Positions 9,050-19,859 of a stretch of 64,000 nucleotides of DNA are shown piece after piece. The translations under genes were made by a program, and so were the position numbers. Each line of letters starts with the position of its first letter. Within the stretch, counting starts at the first letter, position 1. Under the pieces are notes generated by a model. It was not told the DNA's origin and made no database searches. It worked only from the letters and a program-made list of their open reading frames with translations. The DNA is from Candidatus Tenebribacter burtonii. Lineage in GTDB: Bacteria > Cloacimonadota > Cloacimonadia > Cloacimonadales > TCS61. The stretch lies in assembly GCA_030765625.1 (NCBI GenBank), contig JAVCCF010000023.1, positions 526-64,525 of the forward strand. Reading direction: 5' to 3'.

Positions 9050-11224
9050 ATGAAAATTATAACAATTCTATTATTTACAATTTTTACAGTTTTTATAGTA
9101 GCAAATGATTTTATGCAGCCCAGCCAAATTGCAATTGATGATCAACATAATGTTATAAATGCTGGATTAAGAAACGGACACAGAGAGCAGGACCCACCAC
9201 CTGAGCATTCATTCATTCTCAATGGAAATGGTGATCCAACCACTTTTCTAAATTTCTCATACCAGGATTATATGCCTTTTAGCTACAATGGTCATAATGT
9301 AAGACTCCAACCGGAGATTTCTATGCCTAACGGATATGATGCAGGTGGAATATATATTACTTATATGTGTTCTGAAACACCGAATGTTGGAATAGATCGC
9401 AGAGCTTACTTCAGCTATATTAATTCCGATGGAACACTTGGAGAAAGTAATTTCATTAATCCATATGTTAATCGAGAAGGATTCACTTCTTGTGCTGTTG
9501 ATCCCTATACGGGTGATCCATTCGTCGTATGGCATGCATTTACAGAACCGGATGGAAGTTATGATAGCCATTTGTCATATTATCTATATCATGCAACAGG
9601 GGGTCCAAACTGGAGAGAACCATTTATAGTCATAGATAATCCGGAAATTAGTGAATCATTTACCGGACATAATGATGATGAATTCATCTGGCCGCAAATA
9701 CATATTGGACCTTCTCCAATTCTAGATCGTCGAAGAGTTCATGTCTATGCTAACAATTACTCAAGCAATTCTGCAGGTCGTGGTAATTATAATAGCTTGT
9801 ATTTATATGCAGATTTTTCAGCAGATTCACTATTGTCAGGGACAGATCTTGATTGGACGATAAAATCTTTTCCGTATTTTGATAATCTGCATTATAATGA
9901 TATTGCCAGAATTAACAAAGATATGATCGTAAGTGAAGTTGATGGAAAAGTTGTTTTCTTTGGTAATGTAGCAGATTCTCTATTTGCTTTGTATAGTGAT
10001 GACTATGGTGAAACATTTACAAAACATACTCAGCAATTGCTTCAGGAACTTCCTAATTTAATTTATCCTCCTACGGGACTTCCAATATTCGGTGACGAGG
10101 TATGGTTTGCACTTCCTTCGAACGACCTTACACATTATAACGGTATATTTACAGATAATAATTCAAAGGTGCAGTGGATGAGTGGAGTGAATTATAATTC
10201 ACAAGATAATATTAATAATGGTCTTCACTATTCTTATTTCATTTATCCAAAGATATTTACTTTTGATGCAAATATAGGTGAATTTAATTTTTATGATCTG
10301 GATATTCAAGATACCGATCCCGGAGATGATCATTTAGCTGTTTCTTATGATCTGAATGATGATGGTATATTTGATGATGTGGAATACATCCCTGCAAGCT
10401 GTCCAAGCTGGTTTTATAACTCAGAAGGTGGTTGGGCTACAGCTTATTACTCAGAAAGTAATTGTAAAATGACATCCAACGAGAATTGGGCAGTTTGTGT
10501 CTGGCACGATGGCGCAAAGTTGCAGAATGCACATTTTGAAGAACCAGGTTATGAAGGTTGGGTAGAGCAACCTGAAATTTGTATTGTAATATCCGATGAT
10601 AATGGTGAAACCTGGTCAGATATCAGGTATATCAATGCTAACTCTAACGATGCAATTATAGACACAACTTATCATTATGATGGAAATTTTACGCCTGAAT
10701 TTGAAGGTATGCTTCCGGTAAATGTTACTCTTGGAGATAAACTTGAGATTCTCAGTAATGAACCTGGTAATTATCATGCTAAATTGCATTTCATATTTAT
10801 GGATGATGGTGATTATGGTTCAGCTGCGCTTACACCTTTCGGTGGTGGTGAATTTACAAATAGTGCCCTTCATTATGCTGCAATTGATCTTGAGTTTCAG
10901 GAGGAATGGATCGATCCAGTTTCAATTCATGAAGAGACAATTCCTCAAGTTGATGTTCAACTGAGTAACTATCCCAATCCGTTCAATCCAGAAACTACTA
11001 TTTCTTTTAATCTCTCAGAAGTTGAGAAAGTTAAACTTGAAATCTTTAATATTAAAGGACAGAAAGTGAAAACTCTATTTAATGAACAATTATCAATCGG
11101 GGAGCATAATGTTGGTTGGAATGGGAAAGATGCCAATAATAAGCAAGTCAGTTCGGGAATATATTTTTATAAACTAAAATCAGGTGAGTACCAACAAATT
11201 AAGAAAATGATGTTATTGAAATAG
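9050..11224 (+). CDS. T9SS-sorted secreted protein of unknown function (paralogue A)
   Basis: Signal peptide, Asp-box-like SDDYGETF and SDDNGETWS, and a C-terminal NYPNPFNPETTISF...SGIYFYKL...KKMMLLK. GGAGG RBS. Confidence 0.8.
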   Translation: MKIITILLFTIFTVFIVANDFMQPSQIAIDDQHNVINAGLRNGHREQDPPPEHSFILNGNGDPTTFLNFSYQDYMPFSYNGHNVRLQPEISMPNGYDAGGIYITYMCSETPNVGIDRRAYFSYINSDGTLGESNFINPYVNREGFTSCAVDPYTGDPFVVWHAFTEPDGSYDSHLSYYLYHATGGPNWREPFIVIDNPEISESFTGHNDDEFIWPQIHIGPSPILDRRRVHVYANNYSSNSAGRGNYNSLYLYADFSADSLLSGTDLDWTIKSFPYFDNLHYNDIARINKDMIVSEVDGKVVFFGNVADSLFALYSDDYGETFTKHTQQLLQELPNLIYPPTGLPIFGDEVWFALPSNDLTHYNGIFTDNNSKVQWMSGVNYNSQDNINNGLHYSYFIYPKIFTFDANIGEFNFYDLDIQDTDPGDDHLAVSYDLNDDGIFDDVEYIPASCPSWFYNSEGGWATAYYSESNCKMTSNENWAVCVWHDGAKLQNAHFEEPGYEGWVEQPEICIVISDDNGETWSDIRYINANSNDAIIDTTYHYDGNFTPEFEGMLPVNVTLGDKLEILSNEPGNYHAKLHFIFMDDGDYGSAALTPFGGGEFTNSALHYAAIDLEFQEEWIDPVSIHEETIPQVDVQLSNYPNPFNPETTISFNLSEVEKVKLEIFNIKGQKVKTLFNEQLSIGEHNVGWNGKDANNKQVSSGIYFYKLKSGEYQQIKKMMLLK
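9084..9251 (+). repeat. near-identical 168-nt block shared with 11270-11437
   Basis: Hand alignment gives 4 mismatches (9168, 9181, 9193, 9206), all C/T, including an 84-nt perfect run at 9084-9167. The flanking paralogous sequence is much more diverged. Confidence 0.85.
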
Positions 11225-11232
11225 GAGAGGAA

Positions 11233-13437
11233 ATGAAGAGAATTGTTATTGTTGTTGTCGTTTTGATGGTTACAGTTTTTATAGTAGCAAATGATTTTAT
11301 GCAGCCCAGCCAAATTGCAATTGATGATCAACATAATGTTATAAATGCTGGATCAAGAAACGGACATAGAGAGCAGGATCCACCACCTGAGTATTCATTC
11401 ATTCTCAATGGAAATGGTGATCCAACCACTTTTCTAACAAACTCTTATTATGATTATATGCCTTTTAGCTACAATGGTTATAATGTAAGACTCCAACCGG
11501 AAATTTCTATGCCATATGGCTACACTGCCGGTGGTATTTATATTACTTATATGCGTTCTGAAACACCGAATGTTGGAATTGACCGCAGAGCTTATTTTAG
11601 TTATATTAATCCTAATGGCACTCTTGGAGAGAGTAATAGTATAAACAATGTTATTAATCGAGAAGGTTTCACCTCTTGTGCAGTAGATCCCTATACTGCA
11701 GATCCATTTGCAGTTTGGCATGCAGTAACAGAACCGGATGGAAGTTATGATAGCCATTTGTCATATTATTTATATCATGCAGCAGGAGGTCCAGGCTGGA
11801 GACAGCCAATTATTGTAATTGATAATCCAGAAATGAGTATACCATTTACCGGATTTACAGATGACGAATTTATTTAGCCTCAAGTACATATTGGACCATC
11901 TCCGGAAGCAGGCCATAGAAGAGTTCATGTTTATGGAAATAACATTAACAGCTCTGGTGGTGGTGGACCCAATAGTCTTTATCTATATGCAGATTTTGAT
12001 GATTTAGATTTATTGGTTGCATCAGATCTTGATTGGACAGTACAATCATTTCCATATTTTGATTATTTGACATATAATGGTATTGCTCGAATAAACAAGG
12101 ATATGATAGTTAGTGAAGATGATGGAGGAGTTGTTTTCTTTGGAAATGTTGCTGACTCTCTATTTGCTATGTACAGTGATGATTACGGTGAGACATTTAC
12201 AAAATATACACACCAAATATTACAACCAATGGACAATCCTACTAATTGCTATACTGGTGAATATTGGTGGTATAATCTTGATGGTGTAACTCCATCAGAA
12301 ATGTTCATCTTGCTTTCAAATGATCTTACACATTATAATGGCATATTCACTAACAACAATACAAAAGTACAGTGGATGAGCGGTGTAAATTACAATTCCG
12401 CAGAAAATATAGCAAATGAGAACTATTATCCTGCTTATATTTATCCTAAAATTTTCACTTTTGATACTGTTTTAGGAGAATTCAGTTTCTATGATCTGGA
12501 TGTTCAAGATACTGATCCTGGTGATGGCCACTTAGTTGTTTCTTTTGATCTTGATGATGATGGGTATGTAGACGAATATGATGAAAATGGATGGCCACAT
12601 GTTATTAGGAGTTGTCCTAGCTGGTTTTTTAACTCAGATGGTGGTTGGCAGGATGCATATTTCCATGAAAACAATTGTAAAATGGTTTCAAATGGAAACT
12701 GGGTTGTTTGTGTCTGGCATGATGGAGCAAAATTACAAAATGCATTTTATGAAGTTCCCGGTTATGAAGGTTGGGTTAAACAACCTGAGATTGCAATTGT
12801 TATTTCTGATGATAATGGTGAAACTTGGTCAGACATTAGATACATAAATGCTAATCCAAATGATAATGTGATCGATCCTACTAACCACTATGATGGTAAT
12901 TATGCCCCTGAATTTGAGGATATGCTTCCTGTAAATGTCACTTTAGGTGATAAGTTAGAGATAATCAGTACTGAGTCTGGCAACTACCACGCTAAATTGC
13001 ATTTCGCTTTCTTTGATGATATACTATACGGTTCAGAAGCTGGAGCTCAAGGTCCAATTCTCTATGGAGGATATCTCCGCTATGCAGCTATTAATCTTGA
13101 GTTTCAGGAGGAATGGATCGAGCCGGTTTCAATAAATGAAGAAACTGTTCCACATTCTGTTGTTCAACTTTTCAATTATCCTAACCCATTTAATCCAACC
13201 ACTACAATTTCTTTTTCAGTAGCACAAACGTTCTCGTTTGTGACTCTCTTGGTTTATAATGTAAAAGGACAAAAAATAAAAACACTTATCAGCGATCAGG
13301 TATCAGCCGGTCAGCATTCAATAGTCTGGGATGGAAAAGATGCAAACAACAAACAAGTTAGCTCAGGGATATATTTGTATAAATTAAATGTTAATGGTAA
13401 AACTAAAGCTGTAAGGAAATGTTTATTACTAAAGTGA
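11233..13437 (+). pseudogene. tandem paralogue B of the 9050 gene, interrupted by one in-frame TAG (11875-11877)
   Basis: ORFs 11233-11877 and 12013-13437 are in the same frame (780 nt apart). My translation of 11878-12012 has no further stop. Paralogue A reads DDEFIWPQIHIGPSP where B reads DDEFI*PQVHIGPSP, i.e. TGG changed to TAG. Confidence 0.7.
11270..11437 (+). repeat. near-identical 168-nt block shared with 9084-9251
   Basis: See 9084-9251. The offset is exactly 2186 nt. Confidence 0.85.
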
Positions 13438-13460
13438 GTTAAATTTAAGATAATTCCAAA

Positions 13461-13503
13461 ATATCAACAGCCCTGAATAATCGGGGCTGTTGATATTTTT
13501 TTT
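13461..13503. terminator. bidirectional Rho-independent terminator
   Basis: A 13-bp stem, atatcaacagccc (13461-13473) / gggctgttgatat (13484-13496), followed by 8 T on the + strand and 4 T on the - strand. It lies between convergent genes. Confidence 0.75.
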
Positions 13504-13547
13504 AAAAACTTGACGATCTATATAAAATAATCCATGATTACATTTTT

Positions 13548-14498
13548 CTAAGAAGTATCTTTGTCGGTTAGTTCAATGTTCCTGCTGCGGAAGCCGTAAC
13601 CCATTACATCGTTAACATCTGTTAATAAAACGAAAGCTTTAGGATCAATATCTTTCACAATATCGCGCATCATGGCAACTTGCCTACGGTTCATTGCACA
13701 GAATAGAATATTAAATTCATTACCTGTATATCCACCTTGTGCTTTAAATAATGTAACACCACGCCGTATTTTATCGTAAATCTTTTCTTTAATCTCATTA
13801 TCTTTTTCAGAAATAATATATACTCCCTTTACATATGGTAATCCTTCACTAGCAAGGTCTGTTAATTTAGTTGTGATAAACAGATTAACATAGCCCCAGA
13901 TTATCAGTTTCAAATCTTGAAATACTATTCCAATCGTCATAATTATTATTGTTTCTACAACCCAGTATCCCATACCAATAGAAATTCCTGTTTTTTGTTT
14001 TAGGAAAGCTACAGGAATGTCTGTTCCTCCAGTTGAACCACGGAATCGAAAGATAATTCCTAACCCTAAACCTAATAAAACAGAACCTGTAACAGCAGAT
14101 AAGTAAATATCTTGAGGTGATAGCATTGCATAAATTTCTTTACCATGATTAATAAATGTGTATGGAGAAAGATCTTTAATAATACCCATATTATGGAGAT
14201 TCTTGAAACTGAGAAAGTCGGCAAGTATCGATGTTGAGAACATTCCAAAAAGAGATCTGAGTCCAAAACGTTTTCCTAAGAACACAAAACTCAAAATAAA
14301 TAATGGGACATTGAATATTATCATTGATACACCAATTGGTATATTAAAAAAATGAAATAATATCTGTCCTAAACCGCCAACACCACCAGGTGCAATTTTG
14401 TAAGGAACTAGAAACCATGAATAGGCTATTGCAAATAATATAGATCCTGCAATTATTCCTAAATGTTGAATAATATTTCTTTTTAATTTTTTATCCAT
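13548..14498 (-). CDS. YitT-family (DUF2179) membrane protein
   Basis: Multi-pass membrane N-terminus with PGGVGGLGQIL and a C-terminal DUF2179-like domain. I chose the ATG at 14498 because AGGAGG sits 5 nt upstream. The track start is a GTG at 14504. Confidence 0.8.
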   Translation of the reverse strand: MDKKLKRNIIQHLGIIAGSILFAIAYSWFLVPYKIAPGGVGGLGQILFHFFNIPIGVSMIIFNVPLFILSFVFLGKRFGLRSLFGMFSTSILADFLSFKNLHNMGIIKDLSPYTFINHGKEIYAMLSPQDIYLSAVTGSVLLGLGLGIIFRFRGSTGGTDIPVAFLKQKTGISIGMGYWVVETIIIMTIGIVFQDLKLIIWGYVNLFITTKLTDLASEGLPYVKGVYIISEKDNEIKEKIYDKIRRGVTLFKAQGGYTGNEFNILFCAMNRRQVAMMRDIVKDIDPKAFVLLTDVNDVMGYGFRSRNIELTDKDTS

Positions 14499-14690
14499 TA
14501 TCACCTCCTAAGAGGCGCAATTTATTTTTATATATTATAAGTCAATATTAATATCGCTGTAAATATATATTAAGCTTAGCATGTTTTATAACTTATTTAT
14601 AATAAGGCAGATAACGCTCAAGAGAAGAATATTATCTTGACGTAGAAACTTGAAATATAAAAAGTATTTTTTTGTAACAAAGGAGGAAAT

Positions 14691-16340
14691 TTGTTTACGG
14701 TAAATATAAAAATAGATGGAGCACATTATAAAAAGATCGCTTTTGCAAAACCATTAGATATTCAGAAAATTTTGGAAGAAAACATAGATAGCAAAGATCA
14801 AATAATAGCATGTAAAATTGATAACAAATTTGTAAGCAACAAAACTATTATAAATTCAGAAACGATACTGGAAGGAATTTCCAGAAGCACTACCGCCGGT
14901 GATGCCATATACAAAAATACATCTAAATTCATTTTGTGCAAAGCATTCGGCTCAATTTTTGCTACAGAAAAAAAATTAGTTGTAGAGCATTCAATAGGAG
15001 ATGGAATTTATGCAGAAATTATTGACTATACATTTTCAGAAAAGGAAATTAACCAAATTTCGAAAGAAATGCAGAATATAATAGATAGTAAAATGCCAAT
15101 TGAAAAAGTAGAGGTAACATCATATGAAGCTGAAGAAATATTTGCTAAACAAAATCGTGATGATATTCTTAAGCATAATACTCATAGCACAATTAAATTA
15201 CATAAATGTGGTGATTTCTATGATTATCTAATAGGTCAGACGGCAGATAATACAAAATTCATACAAAGTTTTGAAATAGTTTATCATGCACCGGGCTTAA
15301 TATTAAGGTTTCCGAATAGGCACACGAATAAAATAAATGGAGAATTCAAACTTTTAAGAAAACTTTTTGCTGCTCATCAGGAACATGATAAATGGCTGAG
15401 TATTTTGGGTGTTCATTTTGTAAATGCTATTAACTTCGCAGTGAAAAACTATAAAATAACAGAGCTTATTCAGATTGAAGAAGCACTTCATGAGAAGAAA
15501 ATAGTTGATATTGCAAAACATATTACTCGCAAAGATGATACTAAACTTATACTCATAGCAGGACCTTCTTCATCTGGGAAAACATCTTTTGCTAAACGAC
15601 TTTCTATACACTTAAGAGTGAATGGTATAAGACCGTATATACTTAATATGGACGACTATTTTCTTCCCAGAAATCTCACCCCCAGAAAGGAAAATGGTGA
15701 TTTCGATTTTGAAAACATAAATTCTTTGGATCTCGAACTTCTAAATAGTGATCTTCAGAAATTACTTAAAGGAGAAGAAATAGAATTACCTAAGTATAAT
15801 TTTAGACAGGGGATAAGAGAAACAAGCCATAGAAAATTGAGATTAAAAGAAAATGAGATACTTATAATGGAAGGAATTCACGGACTTAATGATATTTTAT
15901 CTTCATCAGTTCCTTTCAATCAGAAATTAAGAATATATGTGAGTGCTTTAAATAATCTCAATATTGATGCTCATAACCGAATACCGACAACCGACTCAAG
16001 AAAGATTAGAAGATTAGTTCGTGATTACAATTACAGAGGGCATTCAGGAGAGCAAACATTAGAAATGTGGGATTCTGTGAGAGAAGGAGAAGATCATAAT
16101 ATTTTTCCATTTCAGGAAAATGCCGATTTTATGTTTAATAGTATATTAACTTACGAACTTGGAGTTCTAAAAAAATATATTTTACCTATCCTGCACTCGA
16201 TAACAGAATATTCTCCTCATTATTCAGAAGCTTTAAGATTATGGAAAATTGTGGAACATATTTATAATATTCCGGATGATATTGTTCCAACCAATTCAAT
16301 TTTAAGAGAATTTATTGGTGGCAGTGTTTTTAATTATTAA
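14691..16340 (+). CDS. uridine-kinase-family nucleoside kinase with an N-terminal TGS/ThrRS-like extension
   Basis: P-loop LILIAGPSSSGKTSFAKRL in the C-terminal half. The ~550-aa architecture is known from Firmicutes uridine-kinase-like proteins. TTG start after AGGAGG. Confidence 0.6.
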   Translation: MFTVNIKIDGAHYKKIAFAKPLDIQKILEENIDSKDQIIACKIDNKFVSNKTIINSETILEGISRSTTAGDAIYKNTSKFILCKAFGSIFATEKKLVVEHSIGDGIYAEIIDYTFSEKEINQISKEMQNIIDSKMPIEKVEVTSYEAEEIFAKQNRDDILKHNTHSTIKLHKCGDFYDYLIGQTADNTKFIQSFEIVYHAPGLILRFPNRHTNKINGEFKLLRKLFAAHQEHDKWLSILGVHFVNAINFAVKNYKITELIQIEEALHEKKIVDIAKHITRKDDTKLILIAGPSSSGKTSFAKRLSIHLRVNGIRPYILNMDDYFLPRNLTPRKENGDFDFENINSLDLELLNSDLQKLLKGEEIELPKYNFRQGIRETSHRKLRLKENEILIMEGIHGLNDILSSSVPFNQKLRIYVSALNNLNIDAHNRIPTTDSRKIRRLVRDYNYRGHSGEQTLEMWDSVREGEDHNIFPFQENADFMFNSILTYELGVLKKYILPILHSITEYSPHYSEALRLWKIVEHIYNIPDDIVPTNSILREFIGGSVFNY

Positions 16341-16387
16341 TTAGTATTATTCAGGAAAACAATTAAAGGAAACTTGTGAATGTTTTC

Positions 16388-18070
16388 CTAATTCATAAAA
16401 ATCCAGTGTACATTAAAATTAAAATGTGTTCCTGGATGATTAGAGTTTGTGAACATGATTTTATTATTGGTAAGATTAACAGCATCAATACTTATCTCAA
16501 AATTATTAGTTAATTGAATTTTTAGATAAGCATTAAAGTTCTGAGTATCATTCTGAAATATTGTATCCATATCATCGAGAGTATAAGAATAACTGGAATG
16601 ATAAATATGTTTCAATCCAAGTTTTATTGCATTATTATATTTTAACGAATAAGTAAGTTCTAAGAAATTAGACATTTGCCATTCTGGATATTTCCATATA
16701 TCAGTATTGCTCTCAACTCTATAATTGATTTGTTCATTTCTTAACCATTGATCAAATTTAAATCCAATATTTTTTGTTAACCCTAAATTAATTGAATTCT
16801 GCAAATAATAATAATTTCCGTTGAAATCTTCAATATGATGCTGCCCCATTACTGCTCTCGTTCTTATTAATGGAAAAACAATAACAATTCCGCCACCTAC
16901 ATCCGATCTTGATTGTCTTTGTGGGAAGATATCAGTAAGGTTTGTGAAGTATTCACCAGATCTTGTGGTAAATTCACCCAATAAATTTAAACCATAGAAT
17001 ACTTCTTTTGTAAGTTCAGAATCAAGTTGGAAATTATTTTCATCTTGATAATAACCGGTATCTCCTAGTTTGAATCCAAAAATATTTGACTCATGATCAC
17101 CAGAAATAATATAAAATGAATCATCTCTTTTGATAATAATTGTTGAATCAGGATTTGAATAACTACTAATTATAATATCTTCAGCTACATATTCATAGGA
17201 AAAGTCAAGCTGATGATTAAGTATTTGAAATTTTTTTTGTGCCAAAACCTGCATTAGATCGCGTTCTTTATGGAATCTGTCTTCCATTGTGTAATCATTA
17301 TTTTTGTAAATAAAACCAATATCAATAATGTTATTCTCAATTTTAACTGAATATTCATTTTCTTTGTTAGAAGCTGATTCAAATGGATATGCATAATTGT
17401 AAATATCTTTCTCGCCAGGGAGTGTTTGATCAATTAAACTATTATCAAAATGAACTTTAGCAAAATCAAGGTCATAAGATAGATACAAATGAGAATTTTG
17501 GATCACTTCATTCTCAACTCCTTGCCATATCCCCTTTTCTCCTAAATAATCAAACTGCAAATCAAGGTTGGAAATTCCAAAAATGTCACCTTTTATCAAG
17601 GACACAGAAACATTGTTCATATCAATATCACCGAGTCCCATATATGTTTCTGTTATTGCTACAGGTAAAGAATATTCTAAAGAATTGTAATATATGTTCC
17701 CTCTTTTATAAATCCTTTTATATATGTTCTGATTGTTTTGAACGGTTTGCAGATTACCGGTGGTAAACGGGATTTCTGAAAACCCATTTTTCGTAATTCG
17801 CAAATTTAGATTAAAAGGAGAACTTATATGAAAATTTTCTTTATATATCAAATGAGGAAGAAAAAATTCTCTATCCATTTGTTTTTTATCATTAAGAAAT
17901 TTAATAATTTCAACTAAAAGTTGTTTTGGATCGATTCCCTCCTCTAATGTATCAATAACAACTGTTTCAATTTTTATCGAGTCTTGTGTTGTATCTTCTT
18001 CAATTTCTGTTTGAGCCCAGATGCAAATTGTTAATATAATTATTATAATCAATATTAAGAATCTTTTCAT
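16388..18070 (-). CDS. putative outer-membrane beta-barrel protein, unknown function
   Basis: Signal peptide and an alternating aromatic/polar pattern rich in Y/N/F throughout. Its ATG forms an ATGA overlap with the stop of the upstream epimerase gene. Confidence 0.5.
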   Translation of the reverse strand: MKRFLILIIIIILTICIWAQTEIEEDTTQDSIKIETVVIDTLEEGIDPKQLLVEIIKFLNDKKQMDREFFLPHLIYKENFHISSPFNLNLRITKNGFSEIPFTTGNLQTVQNNQNIYKRIYKRGNIYYNSLEYSLPVAITETYMGLGDIDMNNVSVSLIKGDIFGISNLDLQFDYLGEKGIWQGVENEVIQNSHLYLSYDLDFAKVHFDNSLIDQTLPGEKDIYNYAYPFESASNKENEYSVKIENNIIDIGFIYKNNDYTMEDRFHKERDLMQVLAQKKFQILNHQLDFSYEYVAEDIIISSYSNPDSTIIIKRDDSFYIISGDHESNIFGFKLGDTGYYQDENNFQLDSELTKEVFYGLNLLGEFTTRSGEYFTNLTDIFPQRQSRSDVGGGIVIVFPLIRTRAVMGQHHIEDFNGNYYYLQNSINLGLTKNIGFKFDQWLRNEQINYRVESNTDIWKYPEWQMSNFLELTYSLKYNNAIKLGLKHIYHSSYSYTLDDMDTIFQNDTQNFNAYLKIQLTNNFEISIDAVNLTNNKIMFTNSNHPGTHFNFNVHWIFMN

Positions 18071-19044
18071 AACCATCCTTTAATTTTGTACCAGTCATAT
18101 GTTTCTTTAAAATTTATTAGATATTTATTTTCAAATTTAATATTCAATTTATTTTTTGCTTTGATTGTGTCAACGAGCCAATAATCTTCTTTGAATTCTC
18201 TTACTTTATCTCTATTCAGGATAGGAAATTTTTTTCTAAATATCAAACTAAAAAATTCCAAAAAAAATGCAATGGGGAAGAGTATAAATTCTGGGATTCT
18301 TATTGTAATAGTTTTAGATTTTATAGCTTTACCAATTAATTTATGTAGTTCATTATTTTTTATTACTTGTGGGTTCGCAGCAAATAATATTTCATTATAG
18401 GTTTTTTTATTATAAATTGTTCGTACTATAAATTCAATGAGTTCATCAATATGAATGAGATTATAATATTTTTCTCTAAAACTATTCAAAAACACAAAAT
18501 GATTTTTAACCATTTTAAAAAGTTCAAGAAAATCTTTATCTCCAGCACCATAAACAGAAACAGGTCGGATAATAGTCCAGTGCATTTTTGCATTCTCAAG
18601 AATAATTTCTTCAGCGAGCAACTTGCTCTTTCCATACATTGTTACAGGATTTGGAAAGTCTTGTTCCTTCTTACCAGAATGTTCATCCAATGAAGGTCCA
18701 GCCACTGCCTGACTACTTAAAAAAATAAACTGTTTTATTGAAGAATTATTACATATTTTTAAAAGAGTTTTTGTAAGATTAACATTAATTTTATTAAAAG
18801 ATTCCCATTTCCGAGCACGAGTTAGAGCAGCAACATGTATCAAAATATCTTTGTCTTGTAAAGCAAGCTTAATTTCTTCTAAATTACTATAATTAATATA
18901 ACGGATATTTCTTTTATCTTCAATAAGATCAATATTAGAACCTGTTCTAACAAGGCATGTGACTTCATAACCACTATTCAGCAGTTTTTTTGTCAGGGCA
19001 CTACCAACAAATCCATTGGCTCCAGTAATTACAATTTTTTTCAT
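18067..19044 (-). CDS. NAD-dependent epimerase/dehydratase (extended SDR) family protein
   Basis: N-terminal ITGANGFVGSAL Rossmann motif and a YGKSK catalytic motif. Confidence 0.8.
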   Translation of the reverse strand: MKKIVITGANGFVGSALTKKLLNSGYEVTCLVRTGSNIDLIEDKRNIRYINYSNLEEIKLALQDKDILIHVAALTRARKWESFNKINVNLTKTLLKICNNSSIKQFIFLSSQAVAGPSLDEHSGKKEQDFPNPVTMYGKSKLLAEEIILENAKMHWTIIRPVSVYGAGDKDFLELFKMVKNHFVFLNSFREKYYNLIHIDELIEFIVRTIYNKKTYNEILFAANPQVIKNNELHKLIGKAIKSKTITIRIPEFILFPIAFFLEFFSLIFRKKFPILNRDKVREFKEDYWLVDTIKAKNKLNIKFENKYLINFKETYDWYKIKGWL

Positions 19045-19210
19045 TGATGTTATTCAAGAAATGAGAATGAATCGGTCAATTGTTTTGTGTAATTCTCAAA
19101 TAGTGAGGCTCAATCCAAACTATTTATATTAAACGTTAAACTTGACGTTAAATTACATTTTAAATTAATTATTCTTAATATTATGAATAAGTAAAGAAAC
19201 AGGAGACAAA

Positions 19211-19834
19211 ATGAACATATTATTAATAGGTATTCAAGGATGTGGGAAGGGAACACAGGCAAAGATATTAGAAGAGAATTTTGGTTGGAAACACATCACG
19301 ACAGGTAATCTTCTTCGCGAAAACATAGAAAGACAAACTGAGTTAGGACTTACTGCAAAAAAATTTATGGATGACGGGGAGCTTGTTCCCGATAAATATG
19401 TTTTTAGGATTGTTGAAGATGCTCTTGCTAATGCAAAAGATGGTACTATTCTGGATGGATTCCCTAGAAATATGGAACAATTGAAGTACTTAGAAAAGAA
19501 TTTTACTATCGATAAAGTTATTCTTCTAGAATTATCTGATGAAAAAGCGATCGAACGTGTTTCTTCCAGAAGAAATTGTGTTGATTGCAAAAAAGACTAT
19601 AATTTACTTTATAATAAACCAAAAATTGATGGAATCTGTGATGTTTGTGGTGGAAAGATAGTTCAGAGAGATGATGATCATAAATCAGCAATACTCAAGA
19701 GAATAGAAAAATTCTACAATGATACATCTGATGTGATCTCATATTTCTCAAATGAGGGGAAGTTAATTCACATTAAGGCAAATGCCCCAATCGACATTAT
19801 CCAAAAGAATATTGTAAAAGCATTGAATGTATAG
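19211..19834 (+). CDS. adk: adenylate kinase (zinc-lid type)
   Basis: P-loop GIQGCGKGTQA, GFPR, and a lid with CVDC...CDVCGG. Confidence 0.9.
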   Translation: MNILLIGIQGCGKGTQAKILEENFGWKHITTGNLLRENIERQTELGLTAKKFMDDGELVPDKYVFRIVEDALANAKDGTILDGFPRNMEQLKYLEKNFTIDKVILLELSDEKAIERVSSRRNCVDCKKDYNLLYNKPKIDGICDVCGGKIVQRDDDHKSAILKRIEKFYNDTSDVISYFSNEGKLIHIKANAPIDIIQKNIVKALNV

Positions 19835-19859
19835 CTTTAACCTAAAATAAAAAAGGAAT

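Noticed and set aside
9257-9571. Antisense ORFs listed in the track: 9257-9571 and its twin 11434-11757, also 680-862, 3340-3561, 19234-19590, 21014-21328, 21552-21905, 21960-22259, 50066-50398 and 62790-63005, among others
   Set aside because: Each lies entirely inside a longer, motif-supported gene on the opposite strand, has no RBS and has low-complexity translations. The 9257 and 11434 pair recurs only because the sense paralogues are conserved.
11875-11877. In-frame TAG considered as programmed recoding (pyrrolysine or read-through)
   Set aside because: TAG is the ordinary terminator of neighbouring genes (2118-2120, 11222-11224). No pyl genes or recoding signals are visible. The paralogue has TGG at this codon, so a simple G-to-A nonsense change or a base-call error explains it.
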